Assembly: GCA_020725645.1 (NCBI GenBank)
Contig: DYEQ01000029.1
Coordinates: forward strand, 43,109 to 107,108
Length of the DNA: 64,000 bases
Direction: 5' to 3'
Origin: Candidatus Fermentithermobacillaceae bacterium
GTDB lineage: Bacteria > Bacillota > Sulfobacillia > Fermentithermobacillales > DUSS01
Shown here piece after piece: positions 9,825-20,312 of this stretch. The position numbers and the translations under genes were made by a program. The notes beneath the pieces were generated by a model that saw nothing but the letters and a program-made list of their open reading frames with translations, was not told the origin of the DNA and searched no databases. Within the stretch, counting starts at the first letter, position 1, and every line of letters starts with the position of its first letter.

Positions 9825-10846
9825 TGCTTGAGCGAAGGGGACCCCTCAAGGGTAGAGAGAAAGCTGCGATACTCCTCATATCGCTCGGTCCGGATCTGTC
9901 CGCCGCCGTGATGAAACATCTGAGAGAACCGGACATCGACGCTTTAACCCTGGAAATAGCGGCGACTCGCCGGGTTAGCCAGGATATAAGAGACCAGGTG
10001 CTTCAAGAGTTCTACGAGATGTGCATAGCCCAGGAGTACATAGACGAGGGTGGGATCGAGTACGCGAAAGTGGTCTTGGAAAAGGCCCTGGGACCGCAGA
10101 AGGCCTCGGACGTCCTTGCGCGACTCACGGCGTCGCTGGAGGTAAGACCCTTCGACTTCACCCGCAAAGCGGATCCGAGCCAGCTCGTGAATTTCCTGTC
10201 GGGCGAATCGCCTCAGACCATAGCTCTGGTTTTAAGTTACATGAACCCGGCGCAGGCGGCGCAGGTCATGTCCGCGCTCGAGCCGGAAATTCAGGTGGAT
10301 GTGGCAAGACGCATCGCCACGATGGATCGAACCATTCCAGACCTGGTGAAAGAGGTTGAGCGGGTTTTGGAGCGGAGGATCGTCTCGACCGTGGGAGGGC
10401 GGGATTACGCCCAGGCCGGAGGAATCCAGGCCATCGTGGACATCTTGAACCATGTAGACCGTCAAACCGAGAAGACCATTTTAAACTCGCTGGAAATGGA
10501 CAACCCGGAGCTGGCCGACGAAATCAAGCGGCGCATGTTCCTGTTCGAAGATATCGTTTACCTGGACGACAGGTCCGTCCAGAGGTTCCTCAGAGACGTC
10601 GACCTCCAGCGCGACCTGCCTCTGGCCCTGAAAAACGCTTCCGAGGAAGTGAAAGCCAAGATCTTCAGGAACATGTCCTCCCGCGCCGTCGAGATGCTCA
10701 AGGAAAACATCGCGTATCTCGGACCTGTGCGTTTAAGGGACGTGGACGAAGCTCAGCAAAGGATAGTCTCGCTCATACGCCGCCTGGAGGAGCAAGGCGA
10801 GATCATCCTCGGGAGAGGGAGAGGAGGGGAGGAGATAATTGTCTAG
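9821..10846 (+). CDS. fliG: Flagellar motor switch protein FliG
   Basis: 341 aa with FliG middle and C-terminal domains; start overlaps the fliF stop. Confidence 0.9.
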   Translation: MMLERRGPLKGREKAAILLISLGPDLSAAVMKHLREPDIDALTLEIAATRRVSQDIRDQVLQEFYEMCIAQEYIDEGGIEYAKVVLEKALGPQKASDVLARLTASLEVRPFDFTRKADPSQLVNFLSGESPQTIALVLSYMNPAQAAQVMSALEPEIQVDVARRIATMDRTIPDLVKEVERVLERRIVSTVGGRDYAQAGGIQAIVDILNHVDRQTEKTILNSLEMDNPELADEIKRRMFLFEDIVYLDDRSVQRFLRDVDLQRDLPLALKNASEEVKAKIFRNMSSRAVEMLKENIAYLGPVRLRDVDEAQQRIVSLIRRLEEQGEIILGRGRGGEEIIV

Positions 10847-11675
10847 GGTTCTGCGCCTGAAAAGGGACGAACGGGCGGGGATTCTCATCCCCGTTGTTGC
10901 GGTGCACGCGTCGCCTCAGAGCCGCGACCTGACGGACGCCTTGGAGGAGAAAGCCCTGACGGGTCAGCTTGAGGCGGTCGAAGAACAGGTGGACATCCCG
11001 ACCGCAGTAGATCTGGAAGAAGCTTCTCGGGCGGCCGGGGCCATGCTCGAGGAGGCGAAAAGAGCTCGGGATGAGATCATCGAAAGCGCCCGGAGAGAAG
11101 CCCAAAACATCCTGGAAAGCGCCGCGAGAGAGCGGGAGGAGGTTCTTCAACGGGCGCACCGGGAAGGTTACGAGGCCGGCTACAAAGAGGGCCTTGAAGA
11201 CGCGGCGACGGAAGGGGAAAGTCTCCTCCTGCAGGCCAGGGAAGCGCTGGAAGATGCGAGGTCCAGCTTACCTGTCATGCTGAAAGAGCTCGAACCAAGG
11301 ATCTTAGCTCTGTGTCTCGAGATAGGTCGCAAAGTGCTGGAAAGGGAGCTCCGGGAAGATCCCGAGACCATCCTTGACATGGCCAGGAAAGGCCTGAAAG
11401 CTCTGAAAGATGAAAGGGAGTTTTCCCTCAGAGTGAACCCGTCTCTCGTTGCGCTTCTGGACGGTTCCAAAGACGAACTCATCGCGGAGTTCTCCGCAAA
11501 GAGTTTCGAGGTAATTGGGGATGAAGAGATTCCCCCCGACGGCGTCGTGGTGAAAACACCCCACGGACTGATCGATGCGAGGATCGAGACTCAAATCACC
11601 AACATCGCCCGGGCCATCGCCGAGCTCAGGCAAAAGGCTAAAGCTCAAGAGGAGGGAGTGGATGAGGGTGTCTGA
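10839..11675 (+). CDS. fliH: Flagellar export/assembly protein FliH
   Basis: 278 aa, Glu/Ala-rich coiled coil; sits between fliG and fliI. Confidence 0.75.
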   Translation: MSRVLRLKRDERAGILIPVVAVHASPQSRDLTDALEEKALTGQLEAVEEQVDIPTAVDLEEASRAAGAMLEEAKRARDEIIESARREAQNILESAAREREEVLQRAHREGYEAGYKEGLEDAATEGESLLLQAREALEDARSSLPVMLKELEPRILALCLEIGRKVLERELREDPETILDMARKGLKALKDEREFSLRVNPSLVALLDGSKDELIAEFSAKSFEVIGDEEIPPDGVVVKTPHGLIDARIETQITNIARAIAELRQKAKAQEEGVDEGV

Positions 11676-13008
11676 CCCGGCGAAGAGCTTCATTTCTGAA
11701 GAGAGTCTCTTGGAGGCGGTTCGTCGCGCGCGGACGCTTTCCTTCAGGGGGACCGTGACCGACGTCATAGGTCTCACCATAGAAGCTTCGGGTCCCAGGG
11801 CGAGACTAGGCGAATTGTGCAGGATCTTCCCTCGAGCTCAAAACCCGGTCCTCGCAGAGGTGGTTGGATTTCGCGAAGGAAAAGTCCTCCTCATGCCCCT
11901 TAACGGAATGGACGGCATATCTCCCGGCGCTCTCGTGGAGGCCACCGGGAAGGAGCTTCAGGTCCGGGTTGGGCGGAAGATGCTGGGGCGGGTAATCGAT
12001 GGTCTCGGAAGACCCATCGACGGAAAACCGATGTGGCCCGTGGAAGCCTATTACCCGGCGGTAGCACCTCCTCCCAAGGCCATGGAGAGAGAGAGGATCA
12101 AAAAACCCGTGAGCTCCGGGATACGGTGTATAGACGCGGTGCTCACGTGCGGCGAGGGCCAGAGGGTCGGCATATTCTCCGGTTCGGGAGTGGGCAAGTC
12201 CACCCTCATGGGCATGATCGCGAGAAACACCGGCGCCGACGTGAGCGTCATCGCCCTGGTTGGTGAAAGAGGACGGGAGGTGAAGGACTTCCTCGAAAAG
12301 GACCTGGGCCCGAAGGGCTTGGAGAGGTCCTGCGTCGTGGTGGCCACGTCGGACCAGGGTGCGCTCGTCAGGATAAGGGCCGCCTGGGTGGCGACAGCGG
12401 TGGCCGAATACTTCCGGGAACAAGGCCTTTCGGTGGTCCTCATGATGGATTCGGTGACGAGATGGTGCATGGCCCAAAGAGAGGTGGGACTGGCGATCGG
12501 GGAGCCCCCCACAACAAGGGGATACACTCCTTCCGTCTTCGCGAACCTTCCGAGGCTCCTCGAACGCGCCGGCAAGACCCGGAAGGGCTCCATCACCGGT
12601 TTCTATACGGTGCTCGTGGAGGGGGACGACATGGACGAGCCGGTAGCTGACGCGGTCAGAGGCATCCTCGACGGTCATATCGTTCTGTCCAGGGATCTCG
12701 CCGAACAGGGACATTATCCCGCCATTGACGTGCTGGCATCGGTCTCCAGGTTAATGCCGGACATCGTGCCCCCCGAGCAAATGGCGCTTGCCCAAAGGAT
12801 CCGGAGCATTCTCGCAACATACAGGAAATCGGAGGACCTCATCAACATCGGAGCTTATGTCCGGGGTTCGAATCCCAAAATAGACGAAGCTTTGAAATAT
12901 GTCGATAGAATCAACACCTTCCTTAAGCAGGGAATATACGAGTCTTATTCGATGGAAGAAGCTCTTTCGGACCTGCAAGCTATCTTCGAAGCGGAAAATG
13001 TCGATTAG
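11662..13008 (+). CDS. fliI: Flagellum-specific ATP synthase FliI
   Basis: Walker A GSGVGKST and F1/T3SS-ATPase core. ATG 11662 is preceded by GAGGAGGGA and overlaps the fliH end; the longer ORF from 11575 would overlap fliH by 100 nt. Confidence 0.9.
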   Translation: MRVSDPAKSFISEESLLEAVRRARTLSFRGTVTDVIGLTIEASGPRARLGELCRIFPRAQNPVLAEVVGFREGKVLLMPLNGMDGISPGALVEATGKELQVRVGRKMLGRVIDGLGRPIDGKPMWPVEAYYPAVAPPPKAMERERIKKPVSSGIRCIDAVLTCGEGQRVGIFSGSGVGKSTLMGMIARNTGADVSVIALVGERGREVKDFLEKDLGPKGLERSCVVVATSDQGALVRIRAAWVATAVAEYFREQGLSVVLMMDSVTRWCMAQREVGLAIGEPPTTRGYTPSVFANLPRLLERAGKTRKGSITGFYTVLVEGDDMDEPVADAVRGILDGHIVLSRDLAEQGHYPAIDVLASVSRLMPDIVPPEQMALAQRIRSILATYRKSEDLINIGAYVRGSNPKIDEALKYVDRINTFLKQGIYESYSMEEALSDLQAIFEAENVD

Positions 13009-13023
13009 ATCCAGGGAGGAGTC

Positions 13024-13512
13024 ATGAAAAGGTTTTCGTTCAACCTCCAGAAAGTAGCGGACGTGCGGGAGCTTAGAAGGCGCGTGGCCGAGGAAAAGCT
13101 CGGCTTGGCTCTGGGGGAGAAGATCCGGGCGGAATGCGAGCTCGGACGGGCCCTATCCGCGGAAGAACGGGTCCGCAAAGAGATCGCCGGCATGACCCGG
13201 GGAATCGTGGATACGGTTCTCGTGATCTACGCGTTCAGGTACAGAAGCAGGGCCGAGGAAGATGTTGTAAGATGCCGGAACCTCGTCGAACAGGCCGAAG
13301 CTAAGCTCGAGTCCGCCAGGGAGGAAGCTTTGAAGCGCATCACCGAGCATGAGGTGATGGTGAGACTCAGAAAACGCAGATTTGAGGGATATATGGACGC
13401 TTACTGGTGGGAATACTCCAAAACCCTCGATGAAGCCGGTCTCTTGCGACATGTCAGGCGCGAAAAGTTCTCCCCCAATAGGGAGGACCGCGCGAGCGGG
13501 CATGAATCTTGA
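13024..13512 (+). CDS. fliJ: Flagellar export chaperone FliJ
   Basis: 162 aa helical coiled-coil protein immediately after fliI. Confidence 0.7.
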   Translation: MKRFSFNLQKVADVRELRRRVAEEKLGLALGEKIRAECELGRALSAEERVRKEIAGMTRGIVDTVLVIYAFRYRSRAEEDVVRCRNLVEQAEAKLESAREEALKRITEHEVMVRLRKRRFEGYMDAYWWEYSKTLDEAGLLRHVRREKFSPNREDRASGHES

Positions 13513-14975
13513 AAAGAAGGGAGGTGATGAAGACGAACGGATCTGTGGTAACCAGTGCAACCGGCCAAGGTGTGGAGGCGAAGCCCGCGGTGTCCTTCAC
13601 CAGGCGCGGGGCGGGTTCGGCGCTGGGCCGCACCCTCGCGGACGTTCCAGTTTCTTTTCAAGCGCTGGTGATGGCCCTTCTAGGGGTCGAACTGGCGGGG
13701 TCACCGGGTTTGCCCGGTACGGCGGCGGATGTCGTAGAGGGTGTCCCGGACGACGCTTTCGGCACCGCTATCTCCTCGATCGAAGCGGTCCGTGGCACTG
13801 CCGGCGGGGTTAATTTGGAAGGGATGACGCGTCTTTCTGCGCATTCCGGACCGGAAGGGCTTTTCTCCAGTTCGCCGGGCGAGTCCCGGGCCGAGGGGCT
13901 TGGCGGCTCAAAGACGGGGGAAGCTCGTCCCGAGAGCGCTCAACCGGGGTCCGGACCTATCCTGACCGTGTCCGGAACAAAGACTGCCCGGGCGGCGGAA
14001 ACGGGTGGAAAGCTCTTGCGCTTGTCCACCGCTCCTGGTTCGGGGGCCTTAACGCCAGCACAAGTGGGGGTGGCGGGCGGTAACGCGTCAGGGGGATCTC
14101 CGGACACTATGGACAAGGTCGGTCTTCCCACCGTGGACAAGCTTGCCGGACTAGTGGGATCGAGAGCACCTGGCGAAGGTTGGGGCGGAGCTTTTACGAT
14201 CAGAGAAATCCCCGTCACCGGAACCGGGTCTCAAGCGAGAGGAGCTTCGGGCCAAGTCCTCGAGTCCCCCGAGAACCCCGGGCATAAAGTTCCCGCTGCC
14301 ACGATGGACGGCCTTCCCGATCTCGCCCCAGGCGCCCAAACTCCCGGAGCGATAGGCGACGGACGGTGTACCAATGCCCCCGGGGCAACGCCGGTGAGCG
14401 ATGGAAACGGGGCAAAGGCCGGTGGGGACGGAGGAGCCAGCCTGTCGGGGGAAAAGCAGAAGTCCCGCGGGACACCACAGGTGCTGGCGGCAGAACCCGG
14501 GATCACCAGGACGGGTCCCGAACTTCCTGTGGACAAGACGCCCGCCGTTCCCGGCAGGGTGGCGGGAGAGCCTTCCCTGAAGCTTCCCGAGAGCGCCATG
14601 TCGCCCCAGTCCGGCGAAGGAGCTCGACCGAAAGCTTTAGAGATGCAGATAGTCGAGCCCGAGCTCGGCAAACTCACGGTGCTCTTGACGTCAAGAGGAA
14701 GCGACTTGAATATCCGTTTCCTTTCGCCCGATGCCCGCGTCAGGGAGGTTCTCTGGGAAACCAGGTACGAGCTTTACGACGCCATGTCGGGGAGAGGGCT
14801 CAACCTCGCCGGATTTACTGTTGAGTCGGGATGGAGCTCCGCCGGGGGGGGCGCGCCGAAGGGACGAGACCGGGTTGCGGCTAGGGCCGTTACGGTATCC
14901 CGGCCGGTGGTACAAGCCGACCCTATGGCAGCTCTACGAACCCGGGGTTGGGGATTGGTGGACTATCTTGTCTAG
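13509..14975 (+). CDS. fliK: Flagellar hook-length control protein FliK-like
   Basis: 488 aa; long Gly/Pro/Ala/Ser-rich disordered N-terminus and a conserved FliK C-terminal domain (LGKLTVLLTSRGSDLNIRFLSPDARVREVLWETRYELYDAMSGRGLNLAGFTVE). Confidence 0.65.
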   Translation: MKRREVMKTNGSVVTSATGQGVEAKPAVSFTRRGAGSALGRTLADVPVSFQALVMALLGVELAGSPGLPGTAADVVEGVPDDAFGTAISSIEAVRGTAGGVNLEGMTRLSAHSGPEGLFSSSPGESRAEGLGGSKTGEARPESAQPGSGPILTVSGTKTARAAETGGKLLRLSTAPGSGALTPAQVGVAGGNASGGSPDTMDKVGLPTVDKLAGLVGSRAPGEGWGGAFTIREIPVTGTGSQARGASGQVLESPENPGHKVPAATMDGLPDLAPGAQTPGAIGDGRCTNAPGATPVSDGNGAKAGGDGGASLSGEKQKSRGTPQVLAAEPGITRTGPELPVDKTPAVPGRVAGEPSLKLPESAMSPQSGEGARPKALEMQIVEPELGKLTVLLTSRGSDLNIRFLSPDARVREVLWETRYELYDAMSGRGLNLAGFTVESGWSSAGGGAPKGRDRVAARAVTVSRPVVQADPMAALRTRGWGLVDYLV

Positions 14976-15019
14976 AGTTCCGCCTGACGGCGGCGGACGG
15001 AGAAAGGAGGAGGCGAAGG

Positions 15020-15442
15020 ATGGTTAGTGCGACCGGTACTGTAATGAATATCCCGGCGGGGACCATCTCTTCCCGGACGGCGGTCGAGAGCTTGCAGAAC
15101 CATTTCATGACCCTGCTTCTCACCGAGCTCAGGTATCAGGACCCGACGGATCCCATGAAAGACCGGGAGTTTTTCACTCAGCTTGCTCAGTTCACTCAGG
15201 TGAAGGAGACGGTTTCCCTCAGAGAGACGATGGACAAGGCGCTCGAACTTCTGACCGCGCAGGGGAGCGCTTCCCTCTTGATGGCGGCGTCGAACCTCCT
15301 GGGTCACGAGTTCAAGGCAGCCTTGGCGGATGGCGAGTTCCGAGGTATCGTGGAAAGCGTCGGTCTCGAGAGCAGGTCACTTTACCTGGTATCCGGGGGA
15401 TCCAAGGTTCCTCTGGATAAGGTGACCTGGATCGGAGGTTAA
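15020..15442 (+). CDS. flgD: Flagellar hook capping/assembly protein FlgD
   Basis: FlgD motif LTELRYQDPTDPM. ATG 15020 is preceded by AAAGGAGGAGG; the ORF as listed opens at 14948. Confidence 0.85.
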   Translation: MVSATGTVMNIPAGTISSRTAVESLQNHFMTLLLTELRYQDPTDPMKDREFFTQLAQFTQVKETVSLRETMDKALELLTAQGSASLLMAASNLLGHEFKAALADGEFRGIVESVGLESRSLYLVSGGSKVPLDKVTWIGG

Positions 15443-15446
15443 GCGG

Positions 15447-15851
15447 ATGACGGAACGAATTGACCCGGCTTTGCTAATCCCCCAGACGCTGGAGCGCACG
15501 GGCTCTGTTCAGACCCGGAAACCGCTGCCCTCGTCGCCGGGGGCGGCGCCCGGTTCTTTCCGCAACGTCCTCCAGAAAACCCTGGAGACGAGTTCGCTGA
15601 AGTTCTCAAAGCACGCTGCGGAGAGACTCATTTGGAGCGAGCGCGCGATCCGGCCCGACGAAATAGAGGAGCTCGAAAGAGCATGCGCTAAAGCGGAGGC
15701 GAAGGGGGCCAGGTCAACGCTGGTGCTTATGCCGGGTGTAGCTTTCGTGATCGCTCCCCAGTCAAGGACTGTGGTGACGGTCATTCCGGAGGAGCGCTTT
15801 AAGGAAAACGTGTTCACTTCGATAGACAGTGCGGTCATCGTGGGAAAGTAG
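15447..15851 (+). CDS. Small flagellar operon protein (TIGR02530-like) between flgD and flgE
   Basis: 134 aa ORF at the position of the Firmicute flgD-flgE intergenic 'flagellar operon protein'. No recognisable motif beyond position and size. Confidence 0.45.
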   Translation: MTERIDPALLIPQTLERTGSVQTRKPLPSSPGAAPGSFRNVLQKTLETSSLKFSKHAAERLIWSERAIRPDEIEELERACAKAEAKGARSTLVLMPGVAFVIAPQSRTVVTVIPEERFKENVFTSIDSAVIVGK

Positions 15852-15953
15852 GGCTTCCGAATGAGCTGGACCCCTTTTCGGGGAGGCTCGAGCGCGTCCG
15901 ACCGACTGAGGACGTGCCGGAACCCGGAAAACGAGAAAGGGGTGTAAACGACC

Positions 15954-17192
15954 ATGATGCGGTCGCTTTTCAGCGCGGTTTCTGGTCTCAGGAGTCACCA
16001 GACGCGCATGGACGTAATCGGCAACAACATCGCCAACGTGAACACCGCGGCTTTCAAATCGAGCCGGGTCACGTTCCAGGAGATATTCGCCCAGACCCTG
16101 AGGGGCGCCACAGCTCCCACGGCCGGCGCGACCGGCAGGGGCGGGTCGAACCCCCTTCAGGTCGGCCTGGGTGTGAACCTCGCTTCGATTGACACAATCC
16201 ATACTCCCGGTAACCTCCAGCCCACTGGGAAGAGCACCGACTTGGCCATTGAAGGAAACGGCTTCTTCGTCGTGAAAGACGGGGAACGCATCGTCTACAC
16301 CAGGGCTGGTAACTTCGACAGGGACGCTTGGGGGACCCTGGTGGATTCGGAAGGGCGAAAGGTGCTGGGATGGGCTGCGGTGAACGGGGTTCTGCCACCG
16401 GATAGAGGGGCGGGTAACCTCGCTTCGATTTCGATCAAGGTAGGCGAAATGATGCCCGCATCCGCCACGGCTAACGTGGTCTGGTCCAAGAACCTCGACG
16501 CCGAAGCTGCGGCCGGATTTTCCAGGACCATCGCCGTTCCCGTCTACGACTCGCTGGGAAGAGTGCAGAACCTCCTCGTGACCTTCACGAAGACGGCCAA
16601 TGCCAATGAATGGCAGTGGTCGTGCAACTGGGACCAGCCACCCTCTCAGAACATCGGATCCGGAACCATACAGTTCGACACCAGCGGGACCGTCTCCAAT
16701 GGTGGCACGGCGACGCTTAACTCCTTCACCCCGCCTGGAGCGGCGGCGATGATCATTACCTTCAACTTCAGCGCGATGACCCAGGTTGCCGGCCCCACCA
16801 CAGCTGAGCCCAGCGAGGTCGACGGCTCGAGCACGGGCACGCTGGAGTCGTTCGCTTTCGATACCAACGGTGTCATCTCCGGGTTCTACTCCAACGGAAG
16901 GTCGCGGATTCTGGGCCAAATCGCCCTGGCTGACTTCGACAACCCCGGAGGCCTTCAGAAAGTGGGCAAGAACCTGTTCATCGAGTCGAACAACTCGGGC
17001 AAGGCCAAGATAGGTGCGCCAGACACCGGTGGGCGAGGTAGGATAGCTCCCAGCGCCCTCGAGATGTCCAACGTGGACCTGGCCGAGGAGTTCACCCAGA
17101 TGATCATCACCCAAAGAGGTTTTCAGGCTAACTCCAGGATCATCACGGTGTCCGACGAGATGCTTCAGGAGCTCGTGAATCTGAAGAGGTAG
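15954..17192 (+). CDS. flgE: Flagellar hook protein FlgE
   Basis: N-terminal SGLRSHQTRMDVIGNNIANVNTAAFK and C-terminal IITQRGFQANSRIITVSDEMLQELVNLKR. Confidence 0.9.
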   Translation: MMRSLFSAVSGLRSHQTRMDVIGNNIANVNTAAFKSSRVTFQEIFAQTLRGATAPTAGATGRGGSNPLQVGLGVNLASIDTIHTPGNLQPTGKSTDLAIEGNGFFVVKDGERIVYTRAGNFDRDAWGTLVDSEGRKVLGWAAVNGVLPPDRGAGNLASISIKVGEMMPASATANVVWSKNLDAEAAAGFSRTIAVPVYDSLGRVQNLLVTFTKTANANEWQWSCNWDQPPSQNIGSGTIQFDTSGTVSNGGTATLNSFTPPGAAAMIITFNFSAMTQVAGPTTAEPSEVDGSSTGTLESFAFDTNGVISGFYSNGRSRILGQIALADFDNPGGLQKVGKNLFIESNNSGKAKIGAPDTGGRGRIAPSALEMSNVDLAEEFTQMIITQRGFQANSRIITVSDEMLQELVNLKR

Positions 17193-17258
17193 TCCTACAG
17201 GTACGGGCCGGGCCGGCGGGTTTGAGGTCCCCGGCCCGGCCGGAAGACCGGGGAGAAG

Positions 17259-18098
17259 GTGGGCCAATTGGATAGAGCCACTATAGCTGGGATACTGACC
17301 GGCGTGATACTCTTGGGATGGGCGCTGGCGCAAGGCGGGAATCTGCGGGTTTTCTGGGATCCCCCTTCCGTCGCCATTACGATGGGAGGTACCCTCGCCG
17401 CGACTCTCATGAGCTTTTCTCTTTCCACTTTCCTTGATGTGATGAAAGTGGCGAAGAACGTGTTCGTTAGAAAGCACGGAGACATCAAGGAAACCATCGC
17501 CACCCTGGTTTCCTTCGCCGAGAAGGCGAGGCGGGAGGGGCTTTTGGCGCTCGACGCCGATGCGGACAGACTTGAGGACCCTTTTATGCAGAAAGGTATC
17601 AGGCTCGTGGTGGACGGCACCACCCAGGAGCTGGTGAAAAGCATCCTCGAGACCGAGCTCGCCTTTCTCTCTTTCAGGCACAAGGTGGGCCAGAGACTGT
17701 TTGAAACCATGGGAGCTTTCGCCCCAGCTTTTGGAATGCTGGGGACGCTCATCGGTCTCATCCAGATGCTCACCGTGCTGGACAAGCCAGAGCAAATCGG
17801 CCCTGGGATGGCCACCGCCCTGGTGACGACGTTCTACGGCTCCGTGCTGGCGAACCTGTGTTTCTTGCCGATCGCCAAAAAGCTCAAGCAGGCCAGCGAG
17901 GAAGAGATCATGATTAAGGAGGCCATAATCGAAGGAGTCCTCTCGATTCAGGCCGGGGATAACCCCAGGATCGTTCAGGAGAAACTCATGTCTTTCGTAT
18001 CGCCCAAAAAACGTAGCGAACTCCGGGATATTCGGAGAAGCCCTTCGGGCATGGGGGAGGTGATGGGCGGTGAATCGGCAGCTCAGGGTAGAAAATGA
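17259..18098 (+). CDS. motA: Flagellar motor stator protein MotA
   Basis: 279 aa with four transmembrane segments and the MotA/TolQ/ExbB plug and C-terminal motifs; GTG start with GGGGAGAAGG Shine-Dalgarno. Confidence 0.85.
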   Translation: MGQLDRATIAGILTGVILLGWALAQGGNLRVFWDPPSVAITMGGTLAATLMSFSLSTFLDVMKVAKNVFVRKHGDIKETIATLVSFAEKARREGLLALDADADRLEDPFMQKGIRLVVDGTTQELVKSILETELAFLSFRHKVGQRLFETMGAFAPAFGMLGTLIGLIQMLTVLDKPEQIGPGMATALVTTFYGSVLANLCFLPIAKKLKQASEEEIMIKEAIIEGVLSIQAGDNPRIVQEKLMSFVSPKKRSELRDIRRSPSGMGEVMGGESAAQGRK

Positions 18099-18825
18099 AG
18101 ATGAAAACGTGCAACCCTGGCTCGTCACCTACGCGGACATGATGACGCTTCTCCTGTGCTTCTTCGTGCTTCTGTTTGCCATGTCTTCTCTGAACTTGCA
18201 CAAGTTCGAGAGAGCTCTCGGGTCTTTGCAAGGCGCCCTGGGCATAATGCCGGGCGCCGTTCTGCCTCGACCTATGGAACCCCTGGAGGAACTGGATATT
18301 CAGGACTTCCAGCAGCGGCTCATGCAGATGGAAATGAGAGAAATGGAGATCATCTTCAGGAGGTTTCAGGAAGAGATAGCGAAGACCGGCGTGGGCAACA
18401 GGGTCAGTGTGGAGATGGACGAACGAGGCATCGTATTCAGGTTCGCCGATACGGTGTTGTTTGACCTGGCCAAGGCGGATCTGAGGCCGGACGCGAGAAA
18501 GGTCCTGGATGAGGTAGCTTTGTTGTTGAAGACCACCTCCAACCCTATTCGCGTGGAAGGGCATACCTGCAATCTGCCCATTCACACCGAGCGGTTCGCA
18601 TCCAACTGGGAGCTTTCCACCGCCCGAGCTACTACGGTAGTCAGGTATTTCATCGAAAAGCACGGGATTTCCCCGGAGAGACTGCAAGCGGCCGGATATG
18701 GTGAGTACCGGCCGATTGCCCCGAACGATACGGAGCAGGGAAGACGGCAGAACAGGAGGGTCGACGTGGTGCTCCTGAGGCCGTCGCTGGCCGGTCAGGA
18801 GCCAAGAGCGAAGACCGGGAAGTAG
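18070..18825 (+). CDS. motB: Flagellar motor stator protein MotB
   Basis: N-terminal transmembrane segment with conserved Asp, then an OmpA-like peptidoglycan-binding domain (NWELSTARATTVVRYFIE...GYGEYRPIAPNDTEQGRRQNRRVDVVLL). Confidence 0.9.
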   Translation: MNRQLRVENEDENVQPWLVTYADMMTLLLCFFVLLFAMSSLNLHKFERALGSLQGALGIMPGAVLPRPMEPLEELDIQDFQQRLMQMEMREMEIIFRRFQEEIAKTGVGNRVSVEMDERGIVFRFADTVLFDLAKADLRPDARKVLDEVALLLKTTSNPIRVEGHTCNLPIHTERFASNWELSTARATTVVRYFIEKHGISPERLQAAGYGEYRPIAPNDTEQGRRQNRRVDVVLLRPSLAGQEPRAKTGK

Positions 18826-18842
18826 ACGACGGGAGGTAGGGG

Positions 18843-19265
18843 ATGATGAAGAGTCGACGTTTGCTGGTGGTAGTTCTGCTCTTAGCTCTGGCGGTGGCCG
18901 GGTACGCCGTCGCCTCGAGGGTATACGGATTTCCCTTTTTCGGGCTGCCTGCGCCGCGCAGCCCGGAACCGGTTCCCGGGATGTACAGCTTGGGCCTGAT
19001 GATAACGAACCTGGATGACCCCGGGAGGTTCATAAGGGTGCAAATCGAGCTCGAGTTGTACGACGGTTCGAAATCGACCCTGGTTTCGCAAAGAGTCTCC
19101 GAAATAAAAACGGACATCTACGCGCTACTAAGGGCCAAGAAATATGACGACCTCGCTGGCGAGTCAGGTCTCAGAAACCTCCAAACGGAGATACTGGAGA
19201 GGTTGAACAAAAAGTTTCCCGGACTTGTGAAAAACGTCTACTTTTCGGAATTCCTTATTCAATAA
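18843..19265 (+). CDS. fliL: Flagellar basal body-associated protein FliL
   Basis: 140 aa; N-terminal transmembrane segment plus FliL domain, immediately before fliM. Confidence 0.75.
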   Translation: MMKSRRLLVVVLLLALAVAGYAVASRVYGFPFFGLPAPRSPEPVPGMYSLGLMITNLDDPGRFIRVQIELELYDGSKSTLVSQRVSEIKTDIYALLRAKKYDDLAGESGLRNLQTEILERLNKKFPGLVKNVYFSEFLIQ

Positions 19266-19304
19266 TGACCGGTGGCGAGACCGGCGAGAACAGGGGGGGA
19301 TAGT

Positions 19305-20312
19305 GTGAGCGCTCTATCGCAGAAAGAGATCGAAGAGCTCATAAAGGGCTTGGTGCCTAAGCCCGAGGCAGGCGGGGGCGCCCACGTAGCCAGGCCCAGG
19401 TTGCGGGTGTACGACTTCAAGAGACCGGATAAGTTTTCCCGCGACCAGCTTCGGGGAATGCAGCTCATATACGATAACTTTTCCCGCCAGCTTACGGCCT
19501 TCTTATCCACGTTTTTCCGCAAGGCCGTACACGCGACCGTGAGCCTGGTGGACCAGATCACCTACGGGGAGTTTTCGTCTGGGCTCTCCGATCCATGCTG
19601 CGTAGTTGCCGCCCAGTGGAAGCCCCTGCCTTCCACGGTGCTCATGAACCTCGGCCCCGAAATGGCCGTAGCTATGGTGGACAGGCTCCTGGGGGGAGAG
19701 GGAAAACTCGGGCTCTCGAGGCAGCTTACCGACATCGAAGCAACCATTTTCAGAAAAGTGGCGGGTGCCATATTCGACCTCTTCGGGCAGGTTATCGAGG
19801 ACCTCGGCATTGGAAAGTACTCCATAAGCGTATCGGCTATCGAAACCAATCCCCTTTTCATACAGCAGGCGATAGCTCCCAACGAAATAGTCCTGTCCGT
19901 GTCCATCCAGTTGAGTTTCGGGGGCGAAAGCGGCACGGTCGAATTCATAACGCCCTATGTGACGCTGGAACCCATCCTGCCCAGAATATCGCAGCGGCAA
20001 TGGTTCGCCAGATACCAGCCGGAGGAGTCGTCCGGGGATTCTGACCGGGCGCTCGAAGCTTTCAAGGACGTAGAGATCCCCCTTTCAATACGGTTTGGGG
20101 AGGCGCTCCTCACGGTGAGGGAAGTGATGTCGCTGGAACCCGGGGACACCATCGAACTTGACACCGTTCCCGGTAAAGAAGCTGTTGTTTACATCCTGGG
20201 AGAACCCAGGTTCAGAGCCAGGGTGGGGCGGGTCAAGAATCACCTTGCGGTGAAAATCGTGGAGCGAATAGGCAGCCCGAAGGAGGCGGATGACCATGAC
20301 GAAAAGAGGTAA
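19305..20312 (+). CDS. fliM: Flagellar motor switch protein FliM
   Basis: FliM middle domain and C-terminal SpoA-like domain. GTG 19305 ([15 protein letters not shown]) is preceded by GGGGGGA; the ORF as listed opens at 19272. Confidence 0.9.
   Translation: MSALSQKEIEELIKGLVPKPEAGGGAHVARPRLRVYDFKRPDKFSRDQLRGMQLIYDNFSRQLTAFLSTFFRKAVHATVSLVDQITYGEFSSGLSDPCCVVAAQWKPLPSTVLMNLGPEMAVAMVDRLLGGEGKLGLSRQLTDIEATIFRKVAGAIFDLFGQVIEDLGIGKYSISVSAIETNPLFIQQAIAPNEIVLSVSIQLSFGGESGTVEFITPYVTLEPILPRISQRQWFARYQPEESSGDSDRALEAFKDVEIPLSIRFGEALLTVREVMSLEPGDTIELDTVPGKEAVVYILGEPRFRARVGRVKNHLAVKIVERIGSPKEADDHDEKR

Noticed and set aside
15762-18128. 788-aa ORF on the minus strand spanning flgE, motA and motB in antisense
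   Set aside because: Arg/Gly/His-rich with no domains and fully antisense to three well-supported genes; a typical high-GC artefact. The same applies to 353..985(-), 24658..25320(-), 19503..20000(-), 39808..40887(-), 61830..63062(-) and 63059..63760(-).
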